37,317 nucleotides of DNA from Pseudobdellovibrionaceae bacterium. GTDB lineage: Bacteria > Bdellovibrionota > Bdellovibrionia > Bdellovibrionales > UBA1609. A program made the position numbers and the translations under genes. The notes under the pieces were generated by a model. That model saw only the letters and a list, made by a program, of their open reading frames with translations. It searched no databases and was not told the origin of the DNA. Each line of letters begins with the position of its first letter. Within the stretch, counting starts at the first letter, position 1. The stretch spans positions 1 to 37,317 of the forward strand of contig JAUVAX010000024.1 of NCBI GenBank assembly GCA_030591685.1, in the 5' to 3' direction. This document shows, piece after piece, positions 9,971 to 20,040 of this stretch.

Positions 9971-11402
9971 AATGATTTTTTTTAAGTTAGTCCTTTTTTT
10001 ATTAGCACCATCATTTGCCATAGGCGCCAGTGAGCCCACGCCGGTTATGTTTGCCGATTTACATACCGGCCTAAAATTAAAAAACACAAGGCCTTGGCGG
10101 GGCCCTGATTACACTAAGCAAAAGGCCCTAGGCTACACAGTGGGTACTTTTGCCGTCCCCTCTGGCATGGAAGAGCGAGTGACTTTTTGGCTAGATATTT
10201 ACACCAAGTACACTGCCGACGAGGGGCTACTGCACGACAGTCGAAACGTGCATATAATATACGAAGAGGTTGATTTTTCAGACATTATGAAAAACAAAAA
10301 ACTAAATCTTTATCAAAAACAAAAGGCCCGAAAAAAGAGGGTTGATGTAGCGAAAAAGCGCATTAAAAAAAGACTCTACCGGTTACAAAGACTAAGAAGC
10401 TCCTCGGGGCTAGAGGGTGAAGACCTTCGGTACTGGGTGATGTTTAATAAGGTCAATGAGAAAAATAAATACATTAAGGCCAGTAAAAGGGGGCGCTTGC
10501 GTTTTCAGTTGGGTCAAAAGAATTTATTTTTAAAAGGTATTTATTACTCAGGTCGATATTTAGAGCAAATGGAGAAGATTTTTAAAAAAAATGGGCTCCC
10601 TATAGAGCTCACAAGATTGCCCTTTGTTGAGTCCTCTTTTAATTATAGAGCCCGCTCGAACGTGGGGGCCAGTGGCATTTGGCAGTTTATGCGAGGGACG
10701 GGGCGACAGTATTTAAAAATGAACATCTCCGTAGACGAGCGCAATGACCCTATTGAGGCCACCCATGCTTCGGCAAAAATGCTTAAAAAAAACTTTGAGA
10801 TGTTAGGTAATTGGCCGCTGGCTGTGACGGGTTACAATCATGGTCCCTATGGCGTGAGAAGACTTGTTAGTAAGTATAAAACAAACAACTTAGTTGAGCT
10901 TATTGAGATTAGAAGGGGGCGATTTGGCTTTGCCTCGGCAAATTTTTATGCCAGTTTTTTGGCCGCTATAGAGGCCGAAAAACAAGCTCTTAAATACTAT
11001 GGTGAAAAGGTGGTTTGGTCTGAGCCCATCGAGGGAGAGACCATTAAATTATCTAAAAATATAGGCATTAAAGATCTATTAGGTTTTTTTAACGGTAATT
11101 TTGAACGCACTAAGTTGTTTAACCTGCATCTAAGGCCCTCGGTGTGGAAAGGTCGAATCGCTATAAAGAGTAAAAACTTTATCAGAGTCCCTAAGGAGAG
11201 CTTAATTCAAACGCAAAAAAAACTATCTTTATTAAAGTCAGTACCACTTTATAAAAGCAAAATTTACCGGGTTAAAAGGGGAGATACTCTTTCTGAAATT
11301 GCAGAAAACTTCAGGGTGGGCCTTAGTAAGCTAGTGCGTGCTAACGGGCATATCAACCCGCATCGATTACGAATTGGGCAAAAAGTATATTTACCCAAAT
11401 AA
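9960..11402 (+). CDS. MltD-like lytic transglycosylase with C-terminal LysM
   Basis: SLT motifs PFVESSF, GIWQFM and GYNHG; LysM YRVKRGDTLSEIA..LRIGQKVYLP; overlaps the dacB stop. Confidence 0.9.
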   Translation: MSLKMIFFKLVLFLLAPSFAIGASEPTPVMFADLHTGLKLKNTRPWRGPDYTKQKALGYTVGTFAVPSGMEERVTFWLDIYTKYTADEGLLHDSRNVHIIYEEVDFSDIMKNKKLNLYQKQKARKKRVDVAKKRIKKRLYRLQRLRSSSGLEGEDLRYWVMFNKVNEKNKYIKASKRGRLRFQLGQKNLFLKGIYYSGRYLEQMEKIFKKNGLPIELTRLPFVESSFNYRARSNVGASGIWQFMRGTGRQYLKMNISVDERNDPIEATHASAKMLKKNFEMLGNWPLAVTGYNHGPYGVRRLVSKYKTNNLVELIEIRRGRFGFASANFYASFLAAIEAEKQALKYYGEKVVWSEPIEGETIKLSKNIGIKDLLGFFNGNFERTKLFNLHLRPSVWKGRIAIKSKNFIRVPKESLIQTQKKLSLLKSVPLYKSKIYRVKRGDTLSEIAENFRVGLSKLVRANGHINPHRLRIGQKVYLPK

Positions 11403-11410
11403 ATAGAAAT

Positions 11411-11941
11411 TTAATTTAAACTAGCCACTTGCCCAATAAAGGGGAGGTTGCGGTGGTACCCTTGATAATCAAGGCCGTAGCCCACAACAAAATCATTAGG
11501 GATTTTAAAACCGTAAAAATCTATTTCACACTCTTCTTTAAGAGCATCGGGCTTAAAGAGCAACGAAACTGTAGTTATTGATTTAGGGTTTCTATTTTTA
11601 ATGTTTTGTTGCAGATAGTTCATGGTGAGCCCTGTATCTATGATATCTTCGACAATTAAAACATGTCGCCCGGCTACGGAGCTATTTATGTCTGAAGTCA
11701 TTTTAACCTCACCACTTGAAACTGTTGCATCTTTATAGCTCGATAGGCCCATAAACTCACAAATGATATCCGAGTCGATGGCACGAACAAGGTCTGAAAA
11801 AAACATAATCGAACCCTTGAGTACGCAAATGGCAACCACTTCATCGGAGTTAAATTTTTTAGTTAGCTCCGCTCCAATTTCTTTTACTCGGGTTTGGATT
11901 TGTTCCTCTGAGATCAATTGTGAAATTTGAAGATTAGACAT
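11411..11941 (-). CDS. hpt: hypoxanthine phosphoribosyltransferase
   Basis: VLKGS, VLIVEDIIDTGLT (PRPP loop) and FVVGYGLDY. Confidence 0.96.
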   Translation of the reverse strand: MSNLQISQLISEEQIQTRVKEIGAELTKKFNSDEVVAICVLKGSIMFFSDLVRAIDSDIICEFMGLSSYKDATVSSGEVKMTSDINSSVAGRHVLIVEDIIDTGLTMNYLQQNIKNRNPKSITTVSLLFKPDALKEECEIDFYGFKIPNDFVVGYGLDYQGYHRNLPFIGQVASLN

Positions 11942-12068
11942 TCTAGCCCCTTTTTAAGTCCTTAAGCTAGCGAGTATAGATCGTATTTTATTATGATGCT
12001 AGGGCGATTTTAGGTCATATCGCAATGTGCAAAATGAAGGCACCTTTAGGGCGTGCACACTATGCGCA

Positions 12069-12695
12069 TTAGGCTTGTGGCTGATCGAGTGTATCTGAAG
12101 GGTTAAGTGAGGCGAGCCTTAGGCTTAAAGTAGCGTCAAAACAGGTTCTGCAACGAGCCTCGTAGTATTCAGCCGACCCTACAAGTATACTATTACTTGC
12201 AGGGACGAGGCGTTGGGTCCTTGTCGCCGGCTCACCACAGCTCATGCAAATGGCATATTGCTTTTGAATCGTATCAGCGATGGCCATGAGGTGAGGGATA
12301 GGGCCAAAGGGTTGGCCCTGCCAATCGGTATCAAGCCCTGCGATGATGACACGCTTTCCAGAGTCAGCGAGTTTTGTAACCACCTCACTTATATCCGTAT
12401 CAAAAAACTGCCCCTCGTCTATGCCGACGACGTCTATATTGCGACCCACATAATTGAGGATCTCCTGCGAGGTCTCAACAGCCGTTGATGGAAAGGTGGT
12501 GTTGTTATGTGAAGCCACGTCTGTGTCATGGTACCGGTTATCTATTTTTGGTTTAAAGGTTTGGCAGTGGAGTTTGGCGAGTTCTGAACGACGGAGCTGT
12601 TTAATAAGCTCCTCTGACTTGCCACTAAACATACACCCAACAATGACTTCGATCCAACCGGGTTTAAATTTTTGACGCAAAAACCTCTCTGACAC
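12069..12695 (-). CDS. tdk: thymidine kinase
   Basis: GCMFSGKS P-loop, IDEGQF, AGLDTD and zinc-binding CMSC...CRTC; GTG start with AGGAG upstream. Confidence 0.96.
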   Translation of the reverse strand: MSERFLRQKFKPGWIEVIVGCMFSGKSEELIKQLRRSELAKLHCQTFKPKIDNRYHDTDVASHNNTTFPSTAVETSQEILNYVGRNIDVVGIDEGQFFDTDISEVVTKLADSGKRVIIAGLDTDWQGQPFGPIPHLMAIADTIQKQYAICMSCGEPATRTQRLVPASNSILVGSAEYYEARCRTCFDATLSLRLASLNPSDTLDQPQA

Positions 12696-13038
12696 TCTTT
12701 CTCCTTTGACCTCGAACGATCATTTTATAAAAAAGAACCTTATAGGAGGCGCTCTTAGAGTCACCCCTTTGCTGCACGCATCACCGCTGAAGTGTTTAAA
12801 AATAAGAAAAGCGCTAAAGATATGTTTATTAATTGCACACTTATGCATTAGTTTTATCAGTTTAAGATAAATATTGAGTGGACAATCGGTGATGGCTAAA
12901 GCAAAAAAAGTTACATTAATGTATGTCAGAGTACATAAGCATATTTTTTTGTCTAAATAGTAATCACTTAAAAGTGGAGTTTTTGTTGTTTCTTTTTTCA
13001 CTGGGTCGTTAGGCTTTTGATTGAAAATTAAATATTCA

Positions 13039-13051
13039 TTTCAAATAGTTA
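13039..13051 (+). promoter_or_regulatory. possible IHF site upstream of the sigma54 promoter
   Basis: TTTCAAATAGTTA versus WATCAANNNNTTR (one mismatch) in an AT-rich tract about 70 bp upstream of the -24 element. Confidence 0.3.
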
Positions 13052-13118
13052 GGTCTATTACCCTCAAAAATATCTACATTAAGTTTAAAATTTCACCTTG
13101 AAATCACTGAGTTTTTTT

Positions 13119-13134
13119 TGGCCTGCACCTTGCT
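13119..13134 (+). promoter_or_regulatory. sigma54 (RpoN) -24/-12 promoter
   Basis: TGGCCTGCACCTTGCT has GG-N10-GC spacing and matches TGGCACG-N4-TTGC; ends 31 nt before ATG 13166. Confidence 0.65.
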
Positions 13135-13165
13135 ATGTAGTGAGGTACTAGGGGGATAAGAAATT

Positions 13166-14140
13166 ATGGGCAAACTAAGCGTAAGACAATTATTTACAAT
13201 CGTATCACTAACGGCCTTAATGGTGCCGTTTCAAAACTGTAGTCAGGGTGTTGAGTTTAGTGCCTTGCCAGATCAAGGTTCTTTGGATGCTGGGCTTGGG
13301 CCCATTGTTGATATCCGGGATGGAAGCTCACTTAAGGTCACCGATCGATTTAGCGAAAAGGTGACTAAAACCGAAGGACAGGTGGATCTCATATGGATGG
13401 TCGATAATTCAGGCTCTATGAATGCCGAGGCCGAGATTGTGAGAGATAATTTATATGCCTTTTTGGATTTTGTAGAAAATAAATCAGATATAAAATTTAA
13501 GTTGATTTCACGAACTGGAGTCACTGGCACGAGTGTAAGTATCCCTTTTTCAACGTCTGAACGGTTTTCTCAAATAGACTACGCAGTGGGCAGTCTGAAT
13601 AGTATCTCAATTTTGACAACTATAATGAATAATGGCCAGCTCGATAATTTTTTTAGACCAGGGGCTCTTAAGTATGTTGTATTTGTAACTGATGATAACT
13701 CTAAACACCCGGCAACAGACCTTCAAAATCTATTTAGTGTCAACTTACCCGGAGAGGCACTTAAGGTTTCTGGATTCATTGGCTTAGGCGGCGTAGCCTC
13801 ACCTTGTCAGTATAACACTGGTAATGTTTATAAAACTTTAGCTGACTCCAGTGGCGGACATATGTTCAATATTTGTAACCAAGATTGGTCAGCAAACTTT
13901 GAAAAATTAGCCTCTCACATTGTTGACTCTGCAAATAATAAATTTAGGCTCACATACTCGAACGTAAAGTCCGTAGATAAGGTCACCGTAAATGGTAATG
14001 AAATTGATATCAGCGCGGTAGAGCTTACTGGCGACAGCATTATTATCAATACCGATATTAAAACCTACGCAATAGGTGATGATTTAGATATAGAAATTAA
14101 ATACACATTACATACTCAAAGCAAATTAGCCGCGAGATAA
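13166..14140 (+). CDS. putative lipoprotein with von Willebrand A (vWA) domain
   Basis: Signal peptide ending VPFQNC; MIDAS-type VDNSGSM and VVFVTDD; beta-rich C-terminal domain. Confidence 0.75.
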   Translation: MGKLSVRQLFTIVSLTALMVPFQNCSQGVEFSALPDQGSLDAGLGPIVDIRDGSSLKVTDRFSEKVTKTEGQVDLIWMVDNSGSMNAEAEIVRDNLYAFLDFVENKSDIKFKLISRTGVTGTSVSIPFSTSERFSQIDYAVGSLNSISILTTIMNNGQLDNFFRPGALKYVVFVTDDNSKHPATDLQNLFSVNLPGEALKVSGFIGLGGVASPCQYNTGNVYKTLADSSGGHMFNICNQDWSANFEKLASHIVDSANNKFRLTYSNVKSVDKVTVNGNEIDISAVELTGDSIIINTDIKTYAIGDDLDIEIKYTLHTQSKLAAR

Positions 14141-14166
14141 ACCAAAAATCCCAACGCCTCATCTTT

Positions 14167-14199
14167 AGGCCCTTGTCTCTACAGGCAAGGGCTTATTTT
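14167..14199. terminator. hairpin/terminator between convergent genes
   Basis: GCCCTTGTCT-CTAC-AGGCAAGGGC (14169-14192) followed by TTATTTT. Confidence 0.7.
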
Positions 14200-15110
14200 G
14201 TTTGAATAAAAATAATAAATTCAGTGTCGTTATTTAAAAACTCTTTTGAGGTCAAGACATTAAGAGGTGAAGGCCCCAGTAAAGAACGCTCCTCAGCCGC
14301 CAAGTTCCGTTGGGAGGAGAGAATATCAGTAATAATCAATATTTCATTGGGCAACAAAGTGATCTCATCCTCAAGGCTGACTTGCATATCAGGCAGGTTG
14401 AGGGGTTCGTTGGCTGGCAGTGAGGCATTGATTTTAAGTGTAAAGGTAGATCCGCTCGCGGCAATCTGTGAGGGGAGGGCTTCAATAAAAAAACCATGCT
14501 CCAGCTCCTCAATATTTGCAGTAAAAGAGATAAAAGCAGGGCTATTGAGGGAGAGGCCCTTTGTTGCCCCTCCAGGCAAGACATCAATCATTGAATACTT
14601 ACCAATGAAGTTTGATATAGTGCCCTGGTCATTAACCGAAAGAGCTTGTATTTGCGAACCCTTACGCGTGGTTGGAGTTTGAATGCTGTTTAAAAAGCCA
14701 GCAGACACCTCGGCGAATTTTATGGTTATTTTTGTAGGAGCCTTGAGTGTTTGGACTTTTTTTTGTGATTCCGGTCGAGGGGACTTTACTTCAACAAGGG
14801 CTGTTTTAGTAGAAGCTTTTTTTAAAGATTTGAGGCCTTTTTTTTGAAAAGACTTTGGGCTTTTTGTAGTTAATTTAGTAATTTTTTGATCTGTAATTTC
14901 GATCTCTGGTGTGAGTTTGTTTTTATACAACAAATAATTAACTGTCGCTGTGAGCAATAGAATCATGATGCAAATCTGGGTCCATGGGTTGTTCCAGATT
15001 CTTGACAATGCCGGTGGCTTTTGGGGCTTGTAGTTCTCTATATCAAGGCCACAGTTAGCACAGTACCGGTCTTTGGGCTGGGTAAACTCACATCTAGGGC
15101 ATGTCACCAT
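14193..15110 (-). CDS. hypothetical membrane-anchored protein with N-terminal zinc ribbon
   Basis: CPRC..CANC at the N-terminus, one TM helix (WTQICIMILLLTATVNYLLY), Lys-rich linker, then a globular domain. Confidence 0.75.
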   Translation of the reverse strand: MVTCPRCEFTQPKDRYCANCGLDIENYKPQKPPALSRIWNNPWTQICIMILLLTATVNYLLYKNKLTPEIEITDQKITKLTTKSPKSFQKKGLKSLKKASTKTALVEVKSPRPESQKKVQTLKAPTKITIKFAEVSAGFLNSIQTPTTRKGSQIQALSVNDQGTISNFIGKYSMIDVLPGGATKGLSLNSPAFISFTANIEELEHGFFIEALPSQIAASGSTFTLKINASLPANEPLNLPDMQVSLEDEITLLPNEILIITDILSSQRNLAAEERSLLGPSPLNVLTSKEFLNNDTEFIIFIQTK

Positions 15111-15182
15111 TATAAACCTTTACCTTATATAAAGTAATTATAACTTAAAAAACAAATCTATCTATAAGTTTCATGACTCTTC

Positions 15183-15212
15183 TAGACGTTAGGGGCTTGG
15201 ATGTGGGATAAT
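15183..15212 (+). promoter_or_regulatory. sigma70-like promoter, probably leaderless rsmH transcript
   Basis: TAGACG(15183-15188) and extended -10 TGgGATAAT (15204-15212), 7 nt before ATG 15220; no SD. Confidence 0.45.
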
Positions 15213-15219
15213 ATCCCCC

Positions 15220-16155
15220 ATGAGCGACCTAGAAACTTCAGCAAAAAATCACACACCTGTTTTACTCGAAGAAGTACTGCGCCATTACCCGTTAAACGAT
15301 AAACCACAAAGGTATGGGCTGGACGGTACCTTCGGTAGAGGTGGTCACACTCGGGCCCTCTTGGATCATGACCCCAGGCTCACTATGATAGCTCTTGACC
15401 AAGATCATGAGGCTATTGAGTGTGCAAAGTCTGAATTTAAAGAGCTTATCGCCCAGGGGCGCCTTTTTGCTAAAGCTGCAAACTTTGTAGACTCACCAGA
15501 GGTGATGATTAAATTTAAACAAGAGTTAAACTTTGAGGGGCTTGATTTTATTTTATTAGACTTAGGGGTGAGCTCGCCCCAATTGGATTGCCCAGAGAGG
15601 GGTTTTAGTTTTTATCACGATGGCCCCCTTGATATGCGTATGGACCAATCAAAAGAGTTAAAAGCTGAGGAAATCATCAATGATTGGCCCCAAGAGGATC
15701 TTGTTGAAATTTTTCAAACTCTCGGAGAGGTGCGTAGCCCCCATAGGGTTGTTCGCGCCATTGTTCACGATAGAAAAGAAAAGCATTTTAACTCGACATT
15801 GGATCTGGCAGAAATGATTGCTCGCATCGATGGGTGGAGAAAAAAGGGCCATCATCCGGCCACAAAGTATTTTATGGCTCTTCGCTTGAGAGTTAATGAG
15901 GAGTTAGATGTTATTAGCCAAGTCATCCCAGGGTTAATTGATGAGCTCACCCCCGGGGGGCGTTTAATGATTATAACATTTCACTCTCTTGAGGACCGAA
16001 TTGTTAAAAGAGCGTTTAAAGCTCAGCTTGAAAAGGGACGGCTTGTTAATAAAAAAGTAATCATAGCAACAAGAGAAGAGCAAAAGCTCAACGCACGATC
16101 TCGAAGCGCTAAATTAAGAATATTTGAAAAGGGCTTAGTTAATGAGGAAACGTGA
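15220..16155 (+). CDS. rsmH: 16S rRNA m4C1402 methyltransferase RsmH (MraW)
   Basis: HTPVLLEE, DGTFGRGGH, DLGVSSPQLD..ERGFSF, PLDMRM, FHSLEDR and RSRSAKLR. Confidence 0.97.
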   Translation: MSDLETSAKNHTPVLLEEVLRHYPLNDKPQRYGLDGTFGRGGHTRALLDHDPRLTMIALDQDHEAIECAKSEFKELIAQGRLFAKAANFVDSPEVMIKFKQELNFEGLDFILLDLGVSSPQLDCPERGFSFYHDGPLDMRMDQSKELKAEEIINDWPQEDLVEIFQTLGEVRSPHRVVRAIVHDRKEKHFNSTLDLAEMIARIDGWRKKGHHPATKYFMALRLRVNEELDVISQVIPGLIDELTPGGRLMIITFHSLEDRIVKRAFKAQLEKGRLVNKKVIIATREEQKLNARSRSAKLRIFEKGLVNEET

Positions 16156-16447
16156 TAAACCTAAAGATGATTTAAAACCATATTTAGGAATTATAATAAT
16201 TATATTAACGTTGTTTATGGTGGTGTTTGCGAAGATGGAAGTTCGAAGGTTGGGGTATGTTTTATATAAAAAATCAAAGTTGCAAAAAAAAGCCCTAGAT
16301 AATTATTATTTAAAAAAAATAGAGTACGCGAGAGTTACAAGGCCTGATTATTTAAGGTATATAGCTTTGACACAACTTTCATTGAATGAGGCCCAAAAGG
16401 GACAAATAATTCAGCTTTCGGGCGATAGAATTGTAGTGCCACAATAG
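16142..16447 (+). CDS. ftsL: cell division protein FtsL-like
   Basis: 101 aa, single N-terminal TM followed by a helical region; sits between rsmH and ftsI (mainly positional call). Confidence 0.65.
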   Translation: MRKRDKPKDDLKPYLGIIIIILTLFMVVFAKMEVRRLGYVLYKKSKLQKKALDNYYLKKIEYARVTRPDYLRYIALTQLSLNEAQKGQIIQLSGDRIVVPQ

Positions 16448-16460
16448 GAAGTAAAGTAAA

Positions 16461-18416
16461 GTGAAGAGTAGGATTGTTTTTTTATTTTTTATCATGACTA
16501 TGGTTTTTGGTATTCTTATTACAAGAGCTTTTTATTTGCAATTACTGCCCCAAGAACGCCTCACAGAGTTACAAAAGCGGCAATACAAAACAAATGTGAC
16601 GTTAAGATCACGGAGAGGGTCTATTTTTGATCGAAATGGGCAGGAGTTAGCCGTATCGATAGCCTCGTACTCTTTGTACGCAGACCCTAAAATCATCAAA
16701 CACCCCTATGCGCTCTCTAAAAAGGTCGCACGTATATTAAAAACTTCAAGATCGAAGATAATGAAGAAATTTAAAAATAAAAAAAAGAGATTTGTTTGGG
16801 TAAAGCGACAAGTTAGCCAAAAGTTAAAAGATCAGCTTTTAAAGCTAAAAGAAAGGGGCTTAGGTTTTATTGAGGAGCCAAAAAGAGTTTACCCTAACAA
16901 TCACGTTCTCTCTCAGGTGGTGGGCTTTACTGGGCGCGAAGGTGATGGTTTAGAGGGGCTAGAAAAGAGTATGAATACCTACATAGCTGGTCAAAAAAAG
17001 AGGGTTTCTCTGCAAAGAGACGCTCGGGGGAGACCCTTACTTATGGATTTAGATATATTTGAACCCCCAAAGGACGGGTCAGATGTGCACTTAACCATAG
17101 ATAGTGAGCTTCAGTATATGCTGGAGAGGGAGCTATCAAACTCCGTTCGTCAGTACCGAGCCGACTCTGCTGTGGGTGTTCTTTTGGACGCTCAAACCTC
17201 TGAGGTGTTAGCTCTTGCTAATGTACCGACTTATGATTTAAATTCACCCTTTCAGTACGCCCCCTCATACCGCCGAAACAGAGCTGTTTCAGATATATTT
17301 GAGCCGGGCTCTACAATGAAGCCCTTTGTTATTGCGGCGGCACTCGCGGAGAAGGTTGTGAAGGTGAATACAAAAATAAATTGTGAAGACGGAAGACTAA
17401 AAATAGGACGCCAGGTGATTGGAGAGGCTGATGCTAAACATAATTTTAAATTTTTAACAGTCAGTGAGGTACTTGCGCACTCTTCAAATATCGGGACCTC
17501 AAAAATTGCATTTAAATTAGGGGCCAAAAAGTTTCGTAAATATTTATCTCGATTTGGGTTTGATAAAAAAGTAGGTACTGTGTTCCCTGGAGAAAGCAAG
17601 GGTCTACTTAAGCCTCTGGGTTGGAATAAGCATTTGTTAGCAAATATATCTTTTGGCCACGGTATTGCTACGACTCCATTGCACATTGCTCAAGCCTATG
17701 CGGTTATTGCTAACGGAGGGGTGCTAAAAACGCCTTCTATGATTAAATCTATAAATGGTGTTGAGCCCGGGAGCTGGGAGAAAGAGCGGGATATAGACAG
17801 AAGAGTACTCGACCCAAAAGTGGCTCAAACTATGAGGTACTTGCTAACGGCCTCCACATCAAGGGGCTCTACTGGTTTTAAAGCGCGAGTTTCTGGGTTT
17901 CAGGTGGCGGGTAAAACGGGGACGGCACAAAAGGTAGACTTTAAAAAGGGGGGGTATTTAAAAAATGCTTACATTTCAAGTTTTTCAGGCTTTGTGCCCG
18001 CACATAAGCCTAGATACGTCATTTATATTGCTGTAGATAACCCTCAAGGTAAATATTATGGGTCCCAGGTGGCGGCACCCATTTTTTCAAAAGTAGCAGG
18101 TTACGCACTGAGAAGGGCTGGAGTAGAGCCCATATTGCTGAGTAAAAAAAATCTTCTCGAATCTATGAACCCATTTGCTAGGGGTAAAATAAAATCATCA
18201 AAAATAAAAAGACAACTTAAAAAAGACCTGCAGGGTAAAGACTATATGCCAGACATTAAAGGCTTAAGTTTAAGAGAGGTTTTAAAAGTATTTAATAAAA
18301 AAGATATAAGCGTAAGTGTTAAGGGTGTGGGGCTTGTGATTGACTTTGAGCCCCGCCTGGGAGAACTATTAACAGAAAAATCAAAAGTAAAGTTAATATT
18401 AGAATCCTATAAATAG
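16461..18416 (+). CDS. ftsI: class B PBP FtsI (PBP3) with C-terminal PASTA-like domain
   Basis: RGSIFDRNG, GLEGLE, EPGSTMK, SSN and GKTGTAQ; C-terminal MPDIKGLSLRE. Confidence 0.95.
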   Translation: MKSRIVFLFFIMTMVFGILITRAFYLQLLPQERLTELQKRQYKTNVTLRSRRGSIFDRNGQELAVSIASYSLYADPKIIKHPYALSKKVARILKTSRSKIMKKFKNKKKRFVWVKRQVSQKLKDQLLKLKERGLGFIEEPKRVYPNNHVLSQVVGFTGREGDGLEGLEKSMNTYIAGQKKRVSLQRDARGRPLLMDLDIFEPPKDGSDVHLTIDSELQYMLERELSNSVRQYRADSAVGVLLDAQTSEVLALANVPTYDLNSPFQYAPSYRRNRAVSDIFEPGSTMKPFVIAAALAEKVVKVNTKINCEDGRLKIGRQVIGEADAKHNFKFLTVSEVLAHSSNIGTSKIAFKLGAKKFRKYLSRFGFDKKVGTVFPGESKGLLKPLGWNKHLLANISFGHGIATTPLHIAQAYAVIANGGVLKTPSMIKSINGVEPGSWEKERDIDRRVLDPKVAQTMRYLLTASTSRGSTGFKARVSGFQVAGKTGTAQKVDFKKGGYLKNAYISSFSGFVPAHKPRYVIYIAVDNPQGKYYGSQVAAPIFSKVAGYALRRAGVEPILLSKKNLLESMNPFARGKIKSSKIKRQLKKDLQGKDYMPDIKGLSLREVLKVFNKKDISVSVKGVGLVIDFEPRLGELLTEKSKVKLILESYK

Positions 18417-18546
18417 CTTTTTCATTGGGGCCTAGTTTGAAGCATTCAATAAACAATGTAGTATATTCTGGGGGGCAGAGCTCCTCAGGGTTGTTTAAAA
18501 AAACGACGACAGGGCTTTTTTTACTTATAAATAAAGTGATTCAGTT

Positions 18547-20040
18547 ATGAAACTCCTCCAGTTATTAAATATTTACTCTGAATTTCTCGTTGGAGAGAGC
18601 CAAGATGCTGAGGTCACCTCAATATGTATGGATTCGCGCAAAGTAAGCCCCGGTAGCTTATTTGTAGCGATTTCGGGCTCTCAAACAGATGGTCATAGGT
18701 TTATAGAAATGGCGATTAAAAAGGGGGCGGTGGCTTTAGTGGTTGAAAGTAGTGAACTTGTCCCAAAAACTTATTCGGGTGCTATTGTTAAAGTTGGTGA
18801 TGCAAAACGAGCTCTAACAAAATTATGTGCTAAATTTTATGGTTACCCTGCGAATGATTTTTTTTGTGTTGGAGTTACGGGCACTAATGGTAAAACCTCA
18901 ATTACATATTTAATAGAGCATATTTTAAATCAATTTAATTGGAAGACAGGGGTTCTTGGGACTATTGATCACCATATAGGTGATAAACATTGGTCCTCAC
19001 AATTAACGACCCCTGACGCTATCACGCTACAAAAGCGTTTGAGAGAAATGCACGATTTAGGCGCTAAGGCTGTTGCTTTTGAGGTGTCCAGTCACGCCAT
19101 AGAGCAAAACCGTGTTTACGGAGTCCCCTTTAATGGAGCTGTGTTTACAAACCTCACTCGTGATCACCTGGATTACCATAACAGCATGGAGAGTTATTTT
19201 TTAACAAAACAAACTCTCTTTAGAGAACTACTCGTTGACTCGAGTAAGCCTCACAAGTTTTCAATTATTAATATTGATGACCCTTACGGGCAAAAAATTA
19301 AAAGCACTCCTTTAGTGAAAACTATTTACTATGGTCAAGGGGCTAAGAGTGATTATCGATTTAAAATAAGCAAGATGGATTTTAGTGGGAGTCACTTTGT
19401 ACTGCAAACTCCTTTTGGCGAGGCCTCGGCTTTTTTATCCATGCCGGGTTTGTTTTCGGTTTATAATGCTGTTGCTGCGGTGGCCGTAGCGCTGCAGGCG
19501 GGGTTGTCATTAAAGTTAGCGTTGGATTCACTAGAAAGTTTCAAAGGGGTTCCGGGGCGACTTGAGTTTGTTGAAAATAAAAAAGGATTACATATTTTTA
19601 TTGATTATGCGCACACGGATGACGCTTTAATGTCTGTGCTTAAAACTTTAAGTGATATTCGTAAGCAGTCTGGCCAAGGAGGGCAAATACATGTTGTTTT
19701 TGGTTGCGGTGGGGACAGAGATAGGGGGAAGCGGCCCTTGATGATGAAGGCGGCTTTAGCGGGGGCTGATAAAGTCATAGTAACGAGTGATAACCCCAGA
19801 ACAGAGGGGCCGCAGCAAATTATAGATGAGATCCTATCTAATACTCCTAAGGACTTATTGAATAGCAAAGTTTTTATGGACGTTGACCGTAAGTCGGCTA
19901 TACAATCGGCACTGAGCCGAGCTCAACAGGGGGATATTATTTTAATTGCGGGCAAGGGACATGAGAATTATCAAATCATTGGCACTGAACAGAGGCCTTT
20001 TAGTGACGCGCAAGCGGTGAGGGAGATTTTAAAGGCATGA
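18547..20040 (+). CDS. murE: UDP-MurNAc-dipeptide:meso-DAP ligase
   Basis: GVTGTNGKTS, LTTPD, EVSSH, NLTRDHLDYH, DYAHT and DNPR (DAP-specific motif). Confidence 0.97.
   Translation: MKLLQLLNIYSEFLVGESQDAEVTSICMDSRKVSPGSLFVAISGSQTDGHRFIEMAIKKGAVALVVESSELVPKTYSGAIVKVGDAKRALTKLCAKFYGYPANDFFCVGVTGTNGKTSITYLIEHILNQFNWKTGVLGTIDHHIGDKHWSSQLTTPDAITLQKRLREMHDLGAKAVAFEVSSHAIEQNRVYGVPFNGAVFTNLTRDHLDYHNSMESYFLTKQTLFRELLVDSSKPHKFSIINIDDPYGQKIKSTPLVKTIYYGQGAKSDYRFKISKMDFSGSHFVLQTPFGEASAFLSMPGLFSVYNAVAAVAVALQAGLSLKLALDSLESFKGVPGRLEFVENKKGLHIFIDYAHTDDALMSVLKTLSDIRKQSGQGGQIHVVFGCGGDRDRGKRPLMMKAALAGADKVIVTSDNPRTEGPQQIIDEILSNTPKDLLNSKVFMDVDRKSAIQSALSRAQQGDIILIAGKGHENYQIIGTEQRPFSDAQAVREILKA

Noticed and set aside
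11942..12068. Possible purine riboswitch upstream of hpt
   Set aside because: No conserved purine-aptamer core sequences or three-stem junction are visible.
12720..13001. 93-aa minus-strand ORF
   Set aside because: AT-rich intergenic DNA with no RBS or motif; better explained as a regulatory region.
18417..18546. Structured leader or attenuator before murE (weak stem plus T run)
   Set aside because: Pairing is weak and irregular and matches no RNA family I recognise.
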